A stretch of 64,000 nt of DNA, taken from assembly GCA_038231275.1 (NCBI GenBank), contig JBBRLQ010000021.1:32001-96000 (forward strand), in the 5' to 3' direction. This DNA is from Polyangiales bacterium. Its GTDB lineage: Bacteria > Myxococcota_A > Polyangia > Polyangiales > Polyangiaceae. Below the pieces are notes generated by a model. That model did not search any database. It was not told where the DNA came from and saw only the letters and a list, made by a program, of their open reading frames with translations. Made by a program: the position numbers and the translations under genes. Below are positions 42,598 to 51,440 of this stretch, piece by piece (the first letter of the stretch is position 1; the number at the start of each line of letters is the position of its first letter).

Positions 42598-44868
42598 GTG
42601 ACCCGTCCTCTGCGCTCCATCGCGCTGTTCGCCGCCCTCGTGGGTGGAGGGTGCGGCTCGGCGTCCGACGGTGGCGCAGCCACGACGACGAACGAGTGTG
42701 CGGCGGCGGGGACCTGCAGCGCGGGCGATGCGCCGAGCGACACGCGCCCTGCGGCCGCGATCTGCGTGACGTCGCCTGCGATCGTGCGCGGGGGGTCGTG
42801 CGCGGCGCACGCATCGCCGACCGACGCGCTCGACGACGCGCTGGGGCGAATCGGGCTCGATCGATGCACATTGGCCCACTCCGCCACCGATCTCGCCGTC
42901 GGCAAGCTCGATCCGCGCGATCCGCGCGCGATGGCGGACATGCTCCCCTCGTTCGCGCGGCCCCTCGGGATGCCGGCGTATGGCGCGGCGCTCGCGCGTG
43001 ACTGGGACGCCGCGCTCGCGTCGAAGATCCCGGTGACCTCGGCGATCCTCGCGGCGGCGGTGCGGCGTGGAGCCGCGGTGCAGGCGTGCGACGATCCCGC
43101 GTGGTACGCGTTCGCGACGGACGATCCCGCGCCGCTTGCGAAAGCCCTCGCCGACGTCGGCGCCGCGCGCGCGGACGTGAGCGGTGTTCCGCGTGACCTC
43201 CAGATCGCGCTCGCGCCGATCGTGCGTGCGCTCGCGTCGACCTCGAACGACGTGGTCGCCGCGCGCAAGGTGGGGCCCAAGACCGCCGACTCGCTCGCGT
43301 CCGTCGCGACGTGGATGCTCGGCATCCGCCACTTCGAGCTCGACGCCGACACCGTCGCCGCGATGGACCTCGTCGACGTCGACGCCATCACGGTCGCCGC
43401 CGCGCGCATCGCCGGTGTCGTCGAGCGCGCCGATCTCTCGCGCTTCGCGGGCGCGGCCGTCGCCGACGTCACGCTCGCCACGCCGTTCGGCGCGATCGTT
43501 CTTCGCGGACCCGGGGCGCACACCTACGAGGCCGGCGGACCGGCCGACGGCGCCGCGTTCGTCCTCGACACCGGCGGCGACGACGTCTACCGCGCCGCGA
43601 TCGCCGCCAGCTCCGTCGCGCGCCCCATCTCGATCGCCGTCGATCTCGCCGGAGACGACACGTACGCGTACGCGGAGACCAAGGTCGCCGCGGACGGCGT
43701 GGGCCGAAGGCTCCCAAGCGACGGCGCCGGTCGCGCGTCCGACGGCCGCACGCTCTCGCGAACGCTCCGCCAAGGCGCCGGCGTGCTCGGCGTCGGGCTC
43801 CTCTTCGACCTCGGCAAGGGCAACGACACCTACCGGTCCCTCGTCGGCGCGCAGGGCGTCGCGACCCACGGCGTGGGCGTCCTCTTCGACGAGGCCGGCG
43901 ACGACGCGTACGTCGCGGAGGGCTTCGCGCAAGGGGCGGCGGCGTGGGGCATCGGCCTCCTCCTCGACGGCGCCGGCAACGATACGCGCGCGCTCTACGT
44001 GCAAGGGCAAGGCTACGGCTTCACGCGCGGCCTCGGCGCGCTCGTCGACCTCGCGGGCAACGACGCGTACGTCGCCTACGCCGGTGACTGGAAGGGCGCG
44101 CCCACGTCGCTCGCGTCGGACGTGCTGTACCCGAGCTCGCAGCTCACGGGCGCGAAGACCTCCGGCATCGCCGCGAACATGTCGCTCGCGCAAGGCTGTG
44201 GCGCCGGTCACCGTTGGGACTGGCCGGACGCGGGCTTCCCCAGCCCCGGCGGCATCGGCGTGCTCTACGACGCGAAGGGCGATGACACCTACGGCGCCGG
44301 CGTCTTTGCGCAAGGCACCGGCTTCGTCCAGGGCCTTGGTCTCCTCCTCGACGGCGCCGGCAACGACGCCTACGACGCGCTCTACTACGCGCAAGGCGCC
44401 GGCGTGCACATGGGCCTCGCGCTCTTCGACGACGGCGGCGGCAACGACACCTACGACGCGAAGGTCCCCGTCCAGACCGCGGCCCTCGGCGTCGCGCACG
44501 ACGTGTCCGCCGCGGTCCACGTCGATCGCGGTGGCGACGACGTCTACCACGCGCCGGATCTCTCGCTCGGCGCGGCCGAGGACGACTCGATGTCCGTCTT
44601 CGTCGCGATGGGCGGGAATGACGATTTCCAGGCGGGCGGCGCATGGTCGCTCGGCGACGCGATCATGAGCCAGAGCGACGCCGCGCGGAAGAAGGTCATG
44701 ACCGTCGGCGTCTTCGTCAAGGCCGGCGGCGTCGGGCGTTACCGCGTCGGGAGCTCCTCCAAGCTCGAGCCGCGCAGCGGAAAGAGCTGGGACTCGACGC
44801 GCGAGGACGGCCCCGTGTCGGTCAAGGCCGTCGGCGTCGACCGCCCCAAGGGCACCGCGGCGCTCTAG
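42598..44868 (+). CDS. Lipoprotein with ~11 hhD-x2-G[ND]D-x-Y repeats (putative Ca-binding beta-solenoid)
   Basis: VGGG-C lipobox; VLDTGGDDVY, AVDLAGDDTY, LFDEAGDDAY, LLDGAGNDAY etc., interleaved with AQG-x-G segments. Confidence 0.8.
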   Translation: MTRPLRSIALFAALVGGGCGSASDGGAATTTNECAAAGTCSAGDAPSDTRPAAAICVTSPAIVRGGSCAAHASPTDALDDALGRIGLDRCTLAHSATDLAVGKLDPRDPRAMADMLPSFARPLGMPAYGAALARDWDAALASKIPVTSAILAAAVRRGAAVQACDDPAWYAFATDDPAPLAKALADVGAARADVSGVPRDLQIALAPIVRALASTSNDVVAARKVGPKTADSLASVATWMLGIRHFELDADTVAAMDLVDVDAITVAAARIAGVVERADLSRFAGAAVADVTLATPFGAIVLRGPGAHTYEAGGPADGAAFVLDTGGDDVYRAAIAASSVARPISIAVDLAGDDTYAYAETKVAADGVGRRLPSDGAGRASDGRTLSRTLRQGAGVLGVGLLFDLGKGNDTYRSLVGAQGVATHGVGVLFDEAGDDAYVAEGFAQGAAAWGIGLLLDGAGNDTRALYVQGQGYGFTRGLGALVDLAGNDAYVAYAGDWKGAPTSLASDVLYPSSQLTGAKTSGIAANMSLAQGCGAGHRWDWPDAGFPSPGGIGVLYDAKGDDTYGAGVFAQGTGFVQGLGLLLDGAGNDAYDALYYAQGAGVHMGLALFDDGGGNDTYDAKVPVQTAALGVAHDVSAAVHVDRGGDDVYHAPDLSLGAAEDDSMSVFVAMGGNDDFQAGGAWSLGDAIMSQSDAARKKVMTVGVFVKAGGVGRYRVGSSSKLEPRSGKSWDSTREDGPVSVKAVGVDRPKGTAAL

Positions 44869-44939
44869 GGCAATCGTCCGACGCGCAGCGCGGCCCGCGC
44901 GAGGAATACCCTTCGTTTGCCCGGTGCTACGGTGGTGAG

Positions 44940-45437
44940 ATGCGCACGAAGCTCCTCGCTGCGGCCGCCATCGCGATCGTCGCGGCGACGCTGTACTTCG
45001 TCTTTGCCGGCAAGAGTGACGAGGATCGCATCCGCGACACGCTCGGGCGGCTCGCGAAGGTCGTGGAGATCAAGGACGACGGCAGCAACCCGCTCCTCCG
45101 CATGGGGCGCGTGCGGGGCGATCTCGACGCGCTCGTCACCGACGACGTCCATGTCAGCATCCCGGAGCTTGGCGGCGCGCGCCAAGGGCGCCAGGGGATT
45201 TCGGAGGCCGTGACGACCGCGCAGCTCGTGTTCGCGTGGGCGCAGGTCGATCTGCGCGCGATCGAGATCAAGCTCGAGCCGGGCGCGCTCACGGCGCAGG
45301 CCTCCGCCGAGGCGCAGCTCAAAGGCAAGACCCGCGGAGGCGAGACGCGTCGGGACGATCGCAACGTCGACTTTCTCCTCCGCAAGGGCGACGGCACGTG
45401 GAAGGTCAAGAGCGTGACCGTCTGGGCGCCGAAATGA
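44940..45437 (+). CDS. NTF2/SnoaL-like membrane-anchored protein
   Basis: N-terminal TM, SDEDRIR, LVTDDV, and C-terminal FLLRKGDGTWKVKSV. Confidence 0.65.
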   Translation: MRTKLLAAAAIAIVAATLYFVFAGKSDEDRIRDTLGRLAKVVEIKDDGSNPLLRMGRVRGDLDALVTDDVHVSIPELGGARQGRQGISEAVTTAQLVFAWAQVDLRAIEIKLEPGALTAQASAEAQLKGKTRGGETRRDDRNVDFLLRKGDGTWKVKSVTVWAPK

Positions 45438-45471
45438 TCCTGCGGCCCCGCGCCGACGCCGACCCGCGCAG

Positions 45472-45894
45472 CTAGAGCTGAACGCCGAAGATCTCTCGAA
45501 CGCGCGCGTAGGTCTCGCGTCCCGGGTCGATGTCCGCGAAGCCGACGCGCATCGAGATCGTCCCGCCGTCGCCCCACGGCCACCAGAGCCCGAACGCGAC
45601 GAGGTTGCCGCCGAGCGCGCCCGACGTGAAAAGGTACTGTCCCTGACGAAGGCCCCCGTAGCGATCGATGTAATCGCGCAAGACCTGCGGCGCCTTGGCG
45701 ATCGACTGCGACGTGAACTCCACCGGGTAGGCCTCGGTGATCGCGGCTCGCGCGCTCGTCTCGAACTCCGTGCTGAAGGAGGAGGTGATGCAGGTCATGC
45801 GGCTGTCCCAGCTCCACCCGCGCGAAGGCCACGCCGCGCGCACGCGACGCAGGGCTCCAAAGAGCTGTTCGTGGAGGGCCGGGGCAGTCGCCAT
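45472..45894 (-). CDS. Hypothetical protein (Trp-rich)
   Basis: WPSRGWSWD, GGLRQGQ, GLWWPWGDG; -10 TACGCT 6 nt upstream. Confidence 0.7.
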   Translation of the reverse strand: MATAPALHEQLFGALRRVRAAWPSRGWSWDSRMTCITSSFSTEFETSARAAITEAYPVEFTSQSIAKAPQVLRDYIDRYGGLRQGQYLFTSGALGGNLVAFGLWWPWGDGGTISMRVGFADIDPGRETYARVREIFGVQL

Positions 45895-45944
45895 GTCTAC
45901 AGCGTACCCAAAAAAAGGCACGAGGCGGTAGTAAGCTCTCGTTC

Positions 45945-46598
45945 GTGGCCGGCTTTCCCGGGATCTCGCCTCTGATTCTCTTCGTCGCAAGGCACGGCGA
46001 GACCGATTGGAACGCCGAAGGGCGCCTCCAGGGGCACACTGACGTGCCGTTGAATGCGCGCGGTCGGGCGCAGGCGGTCGCGCTCGGCGCGGCGCTGGCG
46101 GGGGTCGGGATCGGGGCGATCGTCACGAGCGATCTGGCGCGCGCGAGGGAGACCGGCGAGATCGTCGCCCGCGCGCTCGGCGTCGGCGTTCCGTCGCTCG
46201 ATTTACGCTGGCGCGAGCGAGGGTTCGGCGCGTTCGAGGGACGCACCAAGGTCGAGATCGCCGCGTCGGATCCCGAGGCGTGGCGCCTCTGGACCGAGGA
46301 TCCTCGCGCGCGACCTCCCGGGGGCGAATCCCACGAGGATCTCGCCGCGCGTGTCCTCGCCGCGGCGACGGATGCGGCCACCCTCGCGCGACCCGGTGCC
46401 CCGGCTCTGGTCGTCTCCCACGGCGCCGCGGTCCACGCGTTCCTGCTCGCCGCCACCGGCCTCCGCGCGCCGCCGCTCGGGAACGGCGCTGTCTATCGCC
46501 TCTCCTTCGACGGCCTCGGGTTCGACGATGCCCGTCTCGTGTGGTCCGGCGACGCGGACCCGCCGATCTACGCGACGTTCCCGCGCGAGACGAAATGA
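45945..46598 (+). CDS. Histidine phosphatase (phosphoglycerate mutase-like) family protein
   Basis: RHGETDWN, TSDLARARET, PPGGES, VVSHG. Confidence 0.92.
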   Translation: MAGFPGISPLILFVARHGETDWNAEGRLQGHTDVPLNARGRAQAVALGAALAGVGIGAIVTSDLARARETGEIVARALGVGVPSLDLRWRERGFGAFEGRTKVEIAASDPEAWRLWTEDPRARPPGGESHEDLAARVLAAATDAATLARPGAPALVVSHGAAVHAFLLAATGLRAPPLGNGAVYRLSFDGLGFDDARLVWSGDADPPIYATFPRETK

Positions 46599-46626
46599 GG
46601 TAGAGGAAGCCTGCGAAGACGCAAAC

Positions 46627-46699
46627 GGGCCTATAGCTCAGTTGGTAGAGCTGCGGACTTTTAATCCGTAGGTCGTGGGTTCAAGTCCCACTGGGCCCA
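46627..46699 (+). tRNA. tRNA-Lys (anticodon UUU), 3' CCA not encoded
   Basis: Acceptor GGGCCTA/TGGGCCC, D arm GCTC..GAGC, anticodon arm GCGGA-CTTTTAA-TCCGT, T arm GTGGG-TTCAAGT-CCCAC. Followed by CAG rather than CCA. Confidence 0.97.
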
Positions 46700-46755
46700 C
46701 AGAGAGCAGATCGCTGGTGATTGCTGCGATCGACGATGGGGTCCGCCGGGCTCCG

Positions 46756-47574
46756 TCAGTGACACGCGATGTCGGTGTTCGCGCCGTTCGGGGTCCCCAA
46801 GAAGAGCCCGCCGTATTCCTGCGACGACCACCCCCAGCTCGCCCATGACGTGCGCGAAGAGGCCGGGCACGCCGCGGGAAACGCCATCGACGCTCCCGTA
46901 AGCCACGGCAAGGTCGCGTCGTACGTCAGCGTGTCGATGGTCACGCCGCCGAGTGACACCGTGATCGTGTCGCCGGAATTCTTCAGAACGTCGCTCGCGC
47001 TCCCCGCGAACTCGTACACCCGTGCGCCGAGACCATGGTTGATCAACGGATCGGCGCTGTCGGCGACCACGAACGAGCCGCCGGGCGGAAGGAGCGTGGT
47101 CGTGGTGATGTCGAGGTAGTCGGAGGTGGTGCCGCGCGGCGACTCGACGCGGAGCCCGCGGAGGTCGAGGTTGCACGCTCGGGTACTTCTCACTTCGAGC
47201 CACTCGCCACGGTCCCCGCTGCCGATCTGAGAGGCGATCATGATTTCCACGATGACGAGATCGCCCGGCCCCAGCGATCCGCAGTCGGAAGGAGCCGAGT
47301 CGACCGGCGCGTCGACTCCGCCGTCCGAACGCGGTCCGCCATCGGGAAGCGGCCCGCCATCCGGAGGCGGCGGAGGTGGAGGCAGAGGCGATCCATCGTC
47401 TGCCCGACCGCTATCGCGGTGATTGATGACCTGTCCGTCGATCCCGGGGGAGCCGCTGTCCTCCAGCGTGTCTGGCGGCGCGGTTCCCGGATGGAGATCG
47501 TCGAGATCGCTCCCCCCGAGTAGCGCCGAGCACCCTGAGAGAACGGCAACACCTGCGAGAATGAGTGCGCGCAT
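46756..47574 (-). CDS. Lamin-tail-domain (LTD) lipoprotein
   Basis: VLSG-C lipobox, DGG/Pro tether, LVIVEIM...GEWLEV...LKNSGDTI...GTPNGAN. Confidence 0.85.
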   Translation of the reverse strand: MRALILAGVAVLSGCSALLGGSDLDDLHPGTAPPDTLEDSGSPGIDGQVINHRDSGRADDGSPLPPPPPPPDGGPLPDGGPRSDGGVDAPVDSAPSDCGSLGPGDLVIVEIMIASQIGSGDRGEWLEVRSTRACNLDLRGLRVESPRGTTSDYLDITTTTLLPPGGSFVVADSADPLINHGLGARVYEFAGSASDVLKNSGDTITVSLGGVTIDTLTYDATLPWLTGASMAFPAACPASSRTSWASWGWSSQEYGGLFLGTPNGANTDIACH

Positions 47575-48575
47575 CAGAACGCCCCCGTCGCGCCGACGCC
47601 GCCACCGCCAGGCAACAGGAGGGGCCCAATCGACGCCGACTTCGGAGCCGGCTCGCTCGGTGTCGTCAGCAGAAACACACCGACGCCGACCCCAACGAGG
47701 CCCGCGCCGACGCCGAGGGTGCCCAAGAGCGACAGCGTCCGAAACTGATCCGCCGCCGCGAGCCCCTCGCCGTCGCACGCGTGCGACGCGTCGCAATGAG
47801 CGAGCGCGTCGCGTTTCTTTTGAGTGGCGAGGATTGCCGTGACGCCGCCGAAGATGAGCGCGGCGGCGCCGGTACCCAAGGTCACGAAGGCCGCCGTTTG
47901 CCGCGTCGAGGGCGGCCGCGACGAAGAGGCCGTAGACGCCGCGGTCGCGTGCGGCGGCGCAGCGGCGACCGGAGTCGCGACGGAGTCCGGCGTTGAGGGG
48001 GCAACGGGCGGAGAGACTGTCTCGAGGGGCGTCGGCGCGACTGCGATCTCCGCCGTCTCGGACTCCTTCAGTGCGATGGGGTAGGTGCGGTCCTTGCGCT
48101 CCGGCGTTCGAACGACGAGCGTGTGCTTGCCGGGGTTCACACGCGCGGTCGCTCCAAGCGAAACGGGCGCCCCGTCGAGCAGGACCTTGGTCCCCTCCGG
48201 CGAACCGGGCACGAGCGAGACGCGTAGGCGGCCCACGCGGCGCTCGAGCCGCATGGCCTGATCCAGGCCGAGCGGGGCGCGATCGTCGCCGGGCTGCAGC
48301 ATCGCCGACATCTTCTCCAGCTTCGTGAGCGCCGCGGTGAAGTCGCCGGCGTGCTCGTCGCATTGGGCGAGGTTAAGCAGTGTCCCCGCCGCCGGATCGA
48401 GGCGCATGCTCTCCGCGAACTTCGGACATCCGGTGGCGAAGTCGCCGCGCGCAACCGCTTCGCGGCCCTCGCGGAACAACGCATCGGCGGACGCTTTGCG
48501 GGCACCTTGCGCCGCCGCCGAACCGGCAATGGCGAGCGACAGCGCGACGAGGGAGGCAGAGAGGCGGTGACGCAT
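47574..48575 (-). CDS. Exported TPR + PEGA-like protein with C-terminal hydrophobic helices
   Basis: Signal peptide, ADALFREGR...CPKFAESMRLDPAAGTLLNLAQC, VLLDG...VNPGKHTL; ends GVGATGAF. TGATG-coupled to the LTD gene. Confidence 0.85.
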   Translation of the reverse strand: MRHRLSASLVALSLAIAGSAAAQGARKASADALFREGREAVARGDFATGCPKFAESMRLDPAAGTLLNLAQCDEHAGDFTAALTKLEKMSAMLQPGDDRAPLGLDQAMRLERRVGRLRVSLVPGSPEGTKVLLDGAPVSLGATARVNPGKHTLVVRTPERKDRTYPIALKESETAEIAVAPTPLETVSPPVAPSTPDSVATPVAAAPPHATAASTASSSRPPSTRQTAAFVTLGTGAAALIFGGVTAILATQKKRDALAHCDASHACDGEGLAAADQFRTLSLLGTLGVGAGLVGVGVGVFLLTTPSEPAPKSASIGPLLLPGGGGVGATGAF

Positions 48576-48579
48576 GGAT

Positions 48580-49905
48580 CTACTCACGGCGGTCATAAGG
48601 GTTGGAACGTGGTGAAGGAGGGGTCGGTCGCGTCGGTGTCGCCTTGCCGATGCCGAGCACGCGATTGGTCTTGGTGGGGGCCGGCGGCGGAGGCGGCGAA
48701 TCGGTCAGTGACGCTCCCTCCGGCTTTGGAGCGGCGTCGATGGGGACGGTAGGCGGCGCGTTCGCCGGCGGTGCCGCGTTGACGGTTGGAGGGACGGGCA
48801 CAGCAGCCGACGCCAACTCGGCGCGTCCAACGGCCTGCGCCGAGTCGGTGCGAACGGCGTCGACGAGGATGGCAAGGCCGACGACTGAACCGAGAGCGAG
48901 CACCACCGCGCCCGCCAGCACGATCGGCGAGGGGCCGGCGGTGTGGAGCGTGGGCACCGTCGGCTTCGGTGGGAGGATGAGCGTCGCGGCGAGCCTGAGG
49001 TCCACCGAGTCGATCGCGGCGGTCGTACGCATCACCGATGCGGACGTTGCGGCGCTCGCACGGGCGCGGGCGAGCGCTTCCTGCATGGCTTTCGCACCGG
49101 GCCAGCGGTCGGTTTTCTCGAACGCGACCGCGCGGTCCACGAGGTCTACGACGTCTCCGGGAAGATCGGGGCGAGTGGCCGCGAGGCTCGGGAGCGGCTC
49201 GGTCATCGCTGCGCAGAGCTCCTCGTTGACGGTCTCGCCTCGTCGAGGAGGATTGCCCGTGAGCAGCGCAAAAAGGACCGCGCCACAGGAGTAGACGTCC
49301 GATCGGGGGTCCACTTCGCCGAAGCGCCCGCGTGCGAGCTCGGGCGACATGAACGCTGGCGTCCCGAACGACGAAGCCTTGGCCGGGGCGTCGTTGTCCA
49401 TTTCGCGCTCGGCGACGAAGGCGCTTCCGAAATCGAACAGCTGGATCCGTCCGTCCCTGCGCAAGAAGACGTTCTTGGGTGCGACGTCGCGATGCTGGAT
49501 GCCTTGCGCGTGCGCCGCACCAAGCACGTCGAGCACGCAGTCGGTGATTCGAAGCGCTTCGTCGACCGCAAACGGCGAAGCGGTCCGTTCGAGCTTCTCG
49601 TTGAGCGTCTCCCCATCGAGCCTCTCCATCACGAGGTAGACGGATCCGTCTTCGGCGACATCGTCGTCGAGCACGCGCACGACCCCGTCGTGCCTGACTC
49701 CGTTGACGGCGTAGCCTTCACGCAGAAACGCCGCGCGCACGGCCCGATCCGCGGCAAACACCGGGTGGAGCATCTTGAGAGCTCCCTTGCTCCGATTTCG
49801 GTGCGTCGCGGAGTAAACCGCGGCCGTCGCGCCCACGCCGAGCAACGCATCCAGCCGCCATTTCCCGCCGATGAGCGCGCCGACGCGTGAGCTTGCGGAG
49901 GTCAT
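48580..49905 (-). CDS. Membrane Ser/Thr protein kinase
   Basis: LGVGATAAVY, ALK, HRDVAPKN, DFG, GTPAFMSPE, DVYSCG; TM; Pro-rich tail ending NPYDRRE. Confidence 0.92.
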   Translation of the reverse strand: MTSASSRVGALIGGKWRLDALLGVGATAAVYSATHRNRSKGALKMLHPVFAADRAVRAAFLREGYAVNGVRHDGVVRVLDDDVAEDGSVYLVMERLDGETLNEKLERTASPFAVDEALRITDCVLDVLGAAHAQGIQHRDVAPKNVFLRRDGRIQLFDFGSAFVAEREMDNDAPAKASSFGTPAFMSPELARGRFGEVDPRSDVYSCGAVLFALLTGNPPRRGETVNEELCAAMTEPLPSLAATRPDLPGDVVDLVDRAVAFEKTDRWPGAKAMQEALARARASAATSASVMRTTAAIDSVDLRLAATLILPPKPTVPTLHTAGPSPIVLAGAVVLALGSVVGLAILVDAVRTDSAQAVGRAELASAAVPVPPTVNAAPPANAPPTVPIDAAPKPEGASLTDSPPPPPAPTKTNRVLGIGKATPTRPTPPSPRSNPYDRRE

Positions 49906-49981
49906 CGCCCGTTGACGAGCACGGAGCATGCCGAAGGTATGGCAGCGTGTTCTTTGTACCTACACTCGGCAACGGGCGGCG

Positions 49982-50081
49982 GCGCAACCCCTGAAGCGCA
50001 ACCCGTTGCCCTCGAGGCGCACGCGCGGGGGCGGCGTTCGGCGCAAACGCGCGCACCCCATCGTGGTCCAGCCCCTGCAAC
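49982..50081 (+). promoter_or_regulatory. Enhancer + sigma54 promoter cassette, copy 1
   Basis: GCGCAACCC x2 + GTTGC at 49982-50009; TGGTCCAGCCCCTGCAA (GG-N10-GC) at 50064-50080; duplicated at 51331-51431. Confidence 0.75.
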
Positions 50082-50092
50082 CGGTGGGGCAA

Positions 50093-51298
50093 ATGATGCT
50101 TCGCAAGCTCCTGGTCTGCGCGACGTTGGTGAGCGCGTACGCGGGGGCCACGGGGTGCTCCTCTCACGCCGACAGCAGCGGCGTTGCAAGTGGAGGCGAA
50201 GCAATCAACACGAGCGACCGGCCGCCGCCCGGCGGCAAACCCCGGCCGGCCCAGCTGAGAAACCCAGACTACGGGTTCTGGGACCCCGGTCTCGTCACGG
50301 CGACTGCCCGTACCGCGTACGACGCGCAGGACATGGGGACGCGCGCGAACCCGATCGTCCCCACCGCGTGCCTTTACCCCGACACCACCGATCCGATCCT
50401 CATCAACGGGGAGGCGTGTGGGAACGTCCACACGCTGCCGCCCTTCGCGAACGCGAACGCGTGGACCAACGCGCCGTCGTGGCCGCTGAAAGACTTCTGG
50501 GTCGTGCAGATGAACGATGAGGGGGCCTTCGACGCCTGCAACAGCGGCCCTCCCGACGCGTCCGTCCAGCGTTCGAGTCCGGGCAACGGGATGATGGGGC
50601 TCACACTCCTCGACACCGGCGAATCGCTCACGCGAAGTCACCTCGTCCTCAACTACACCTTCAACGGACCGTGCGAGCAGGCCGCGCCGTTCACGCGCAT
50701 CCCGTTTCTGTCGTTTGGGGCGCACAAGAGCCGCGGCAACGGCAAGCCGATCGCCGCGATCCACCCGAGCCCCGGCGTTCCGAGCCACGTGAGCTTCACG
50801 CTCAAGCTCTGGGACATCAGCTCCAACGCCACCCCGATGGCGTCCGAGCTGTGGACGGTCTCGTCGTGGGGCGGCATCACGCGGATGATCTTCATCGCCG
50901 TCGGTCGCTCGAATCTGTCCTTCGGGCACGTGCACCGGCATTGGAACTGGCCCATCGCCCAGAGCTTCCTCGCTCCGGGAGCCGACATCGCCTACTACGA
51001 CAGCGAAGAGCTCGAGGCCCGATGCCCGGGCGCGATGACGGCGACGAGGGACGGCCGGGCGGTCTCGACGTCGCTCTTCTCCACCGACGATCACGCGACG
51101 AATCTGGGGAGAGACGTCAGCTACGATCTCGACCTCGAGGCGCTCTACGGGTGTGCGAGCGCCGATGGCTCCTTCGATGCGCCGGCCCCCTCGACCGCGG
51201 ACATCCCGGTCGACGGCGTGTTCTGGTCCAACGAGATCGCGGGTAGAGGGAGCCCTTCGTGGCTTTGGACAAGCGTTCACGGAATGGACGTGCACTGA
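50093..51298 (+). CDS. Hypothetical lipoprotein
   Basis: MMLRKLLVCATLVSAYAGATG-C; beta-rich, aromatic-rich body; no family recognised. Confidence 0.8.
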   Translation: MMLRKLLVCATLVSAYAGATGCSSHADSSGVASGGEAINTSDRPPPGGKPRPAQLRNPDYGFWDPGLVTATARTAYDAQDMGTRANPIVPTACLYPDTTDPILINGEACGNVHTLPPFANANAWTNAPSWPLKDFWVVQMNDEGAFDACNSGPPDASVQRSSPGNGMMGLTLLDTGESLTRSHLVLNYTFNGPCEQAAPFTRIPFLSFGAHKSRGNGKPIAAIHPSPGVPSHVSFTLKLWDISSNATPMASELWTVSSWGGITRMIFIAVGRSNLSFGHVHRHWNWPIAQSFLAPGADIAYYDSEELEARCPGAMTATRDGRAVSTSLFSTDDHATNLGRDVSYDLDLEALYGCASADGSFDAPAPSTADIPVDGVFWSNEIAGRGSPSWLWTSVHGMDVH

Positions 51299-51330
51299 AG
51301 TGGAGCGAAGCGCAGCGGAGCGAAACGCCC

Positions 51331-51431
51331 GCGCAACCCCCGAAGCGCAACCCCGTTGCGCTCGAGGCGCACGCGCGGAGGCGGCGCGGGTGTAGACGCC
51401 CGTACCCACATGGTGGTCCAGGCCCTGCAAC
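51331..51431 (+). promoter_or_regulatory. Enhancer + sigma54 promoter cassette, copy 2
   Basis: GCGCAACCCC x2 + GTTGC at 51331-51359; TGGTCCAGGCCCTGCAA at 51414-51430; ATG 12 nt after the GC. Confidence 0.75.
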
Positions 51432-51440
51432 GCGCTAGGC

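Noticed and set aside
47575..48363. N-terminal extension of the LTD ORF
   Set aside because: It overlaps the TPR-PEGA gene in another frame. The signal peptide starts at 47574.
48580..49905. Kinase as a pseudokinase (HRDVAPKN)
   Set aside because: The catalytic Lys, Asp, Asn and DFG are intact. Non-Lys residues at this position also occur in the neighbouring kinase (HRDVSPHN).
49982..51431. Direct repeats as ends of a mobile element carrying 50093..51298
   Set aside because: There is no recombinase or target-site duplication. Conservation centres on promoter-like motifs at a fixed distance from start codons, which favours a regulatory role, although the repeats could still mediate deletion.
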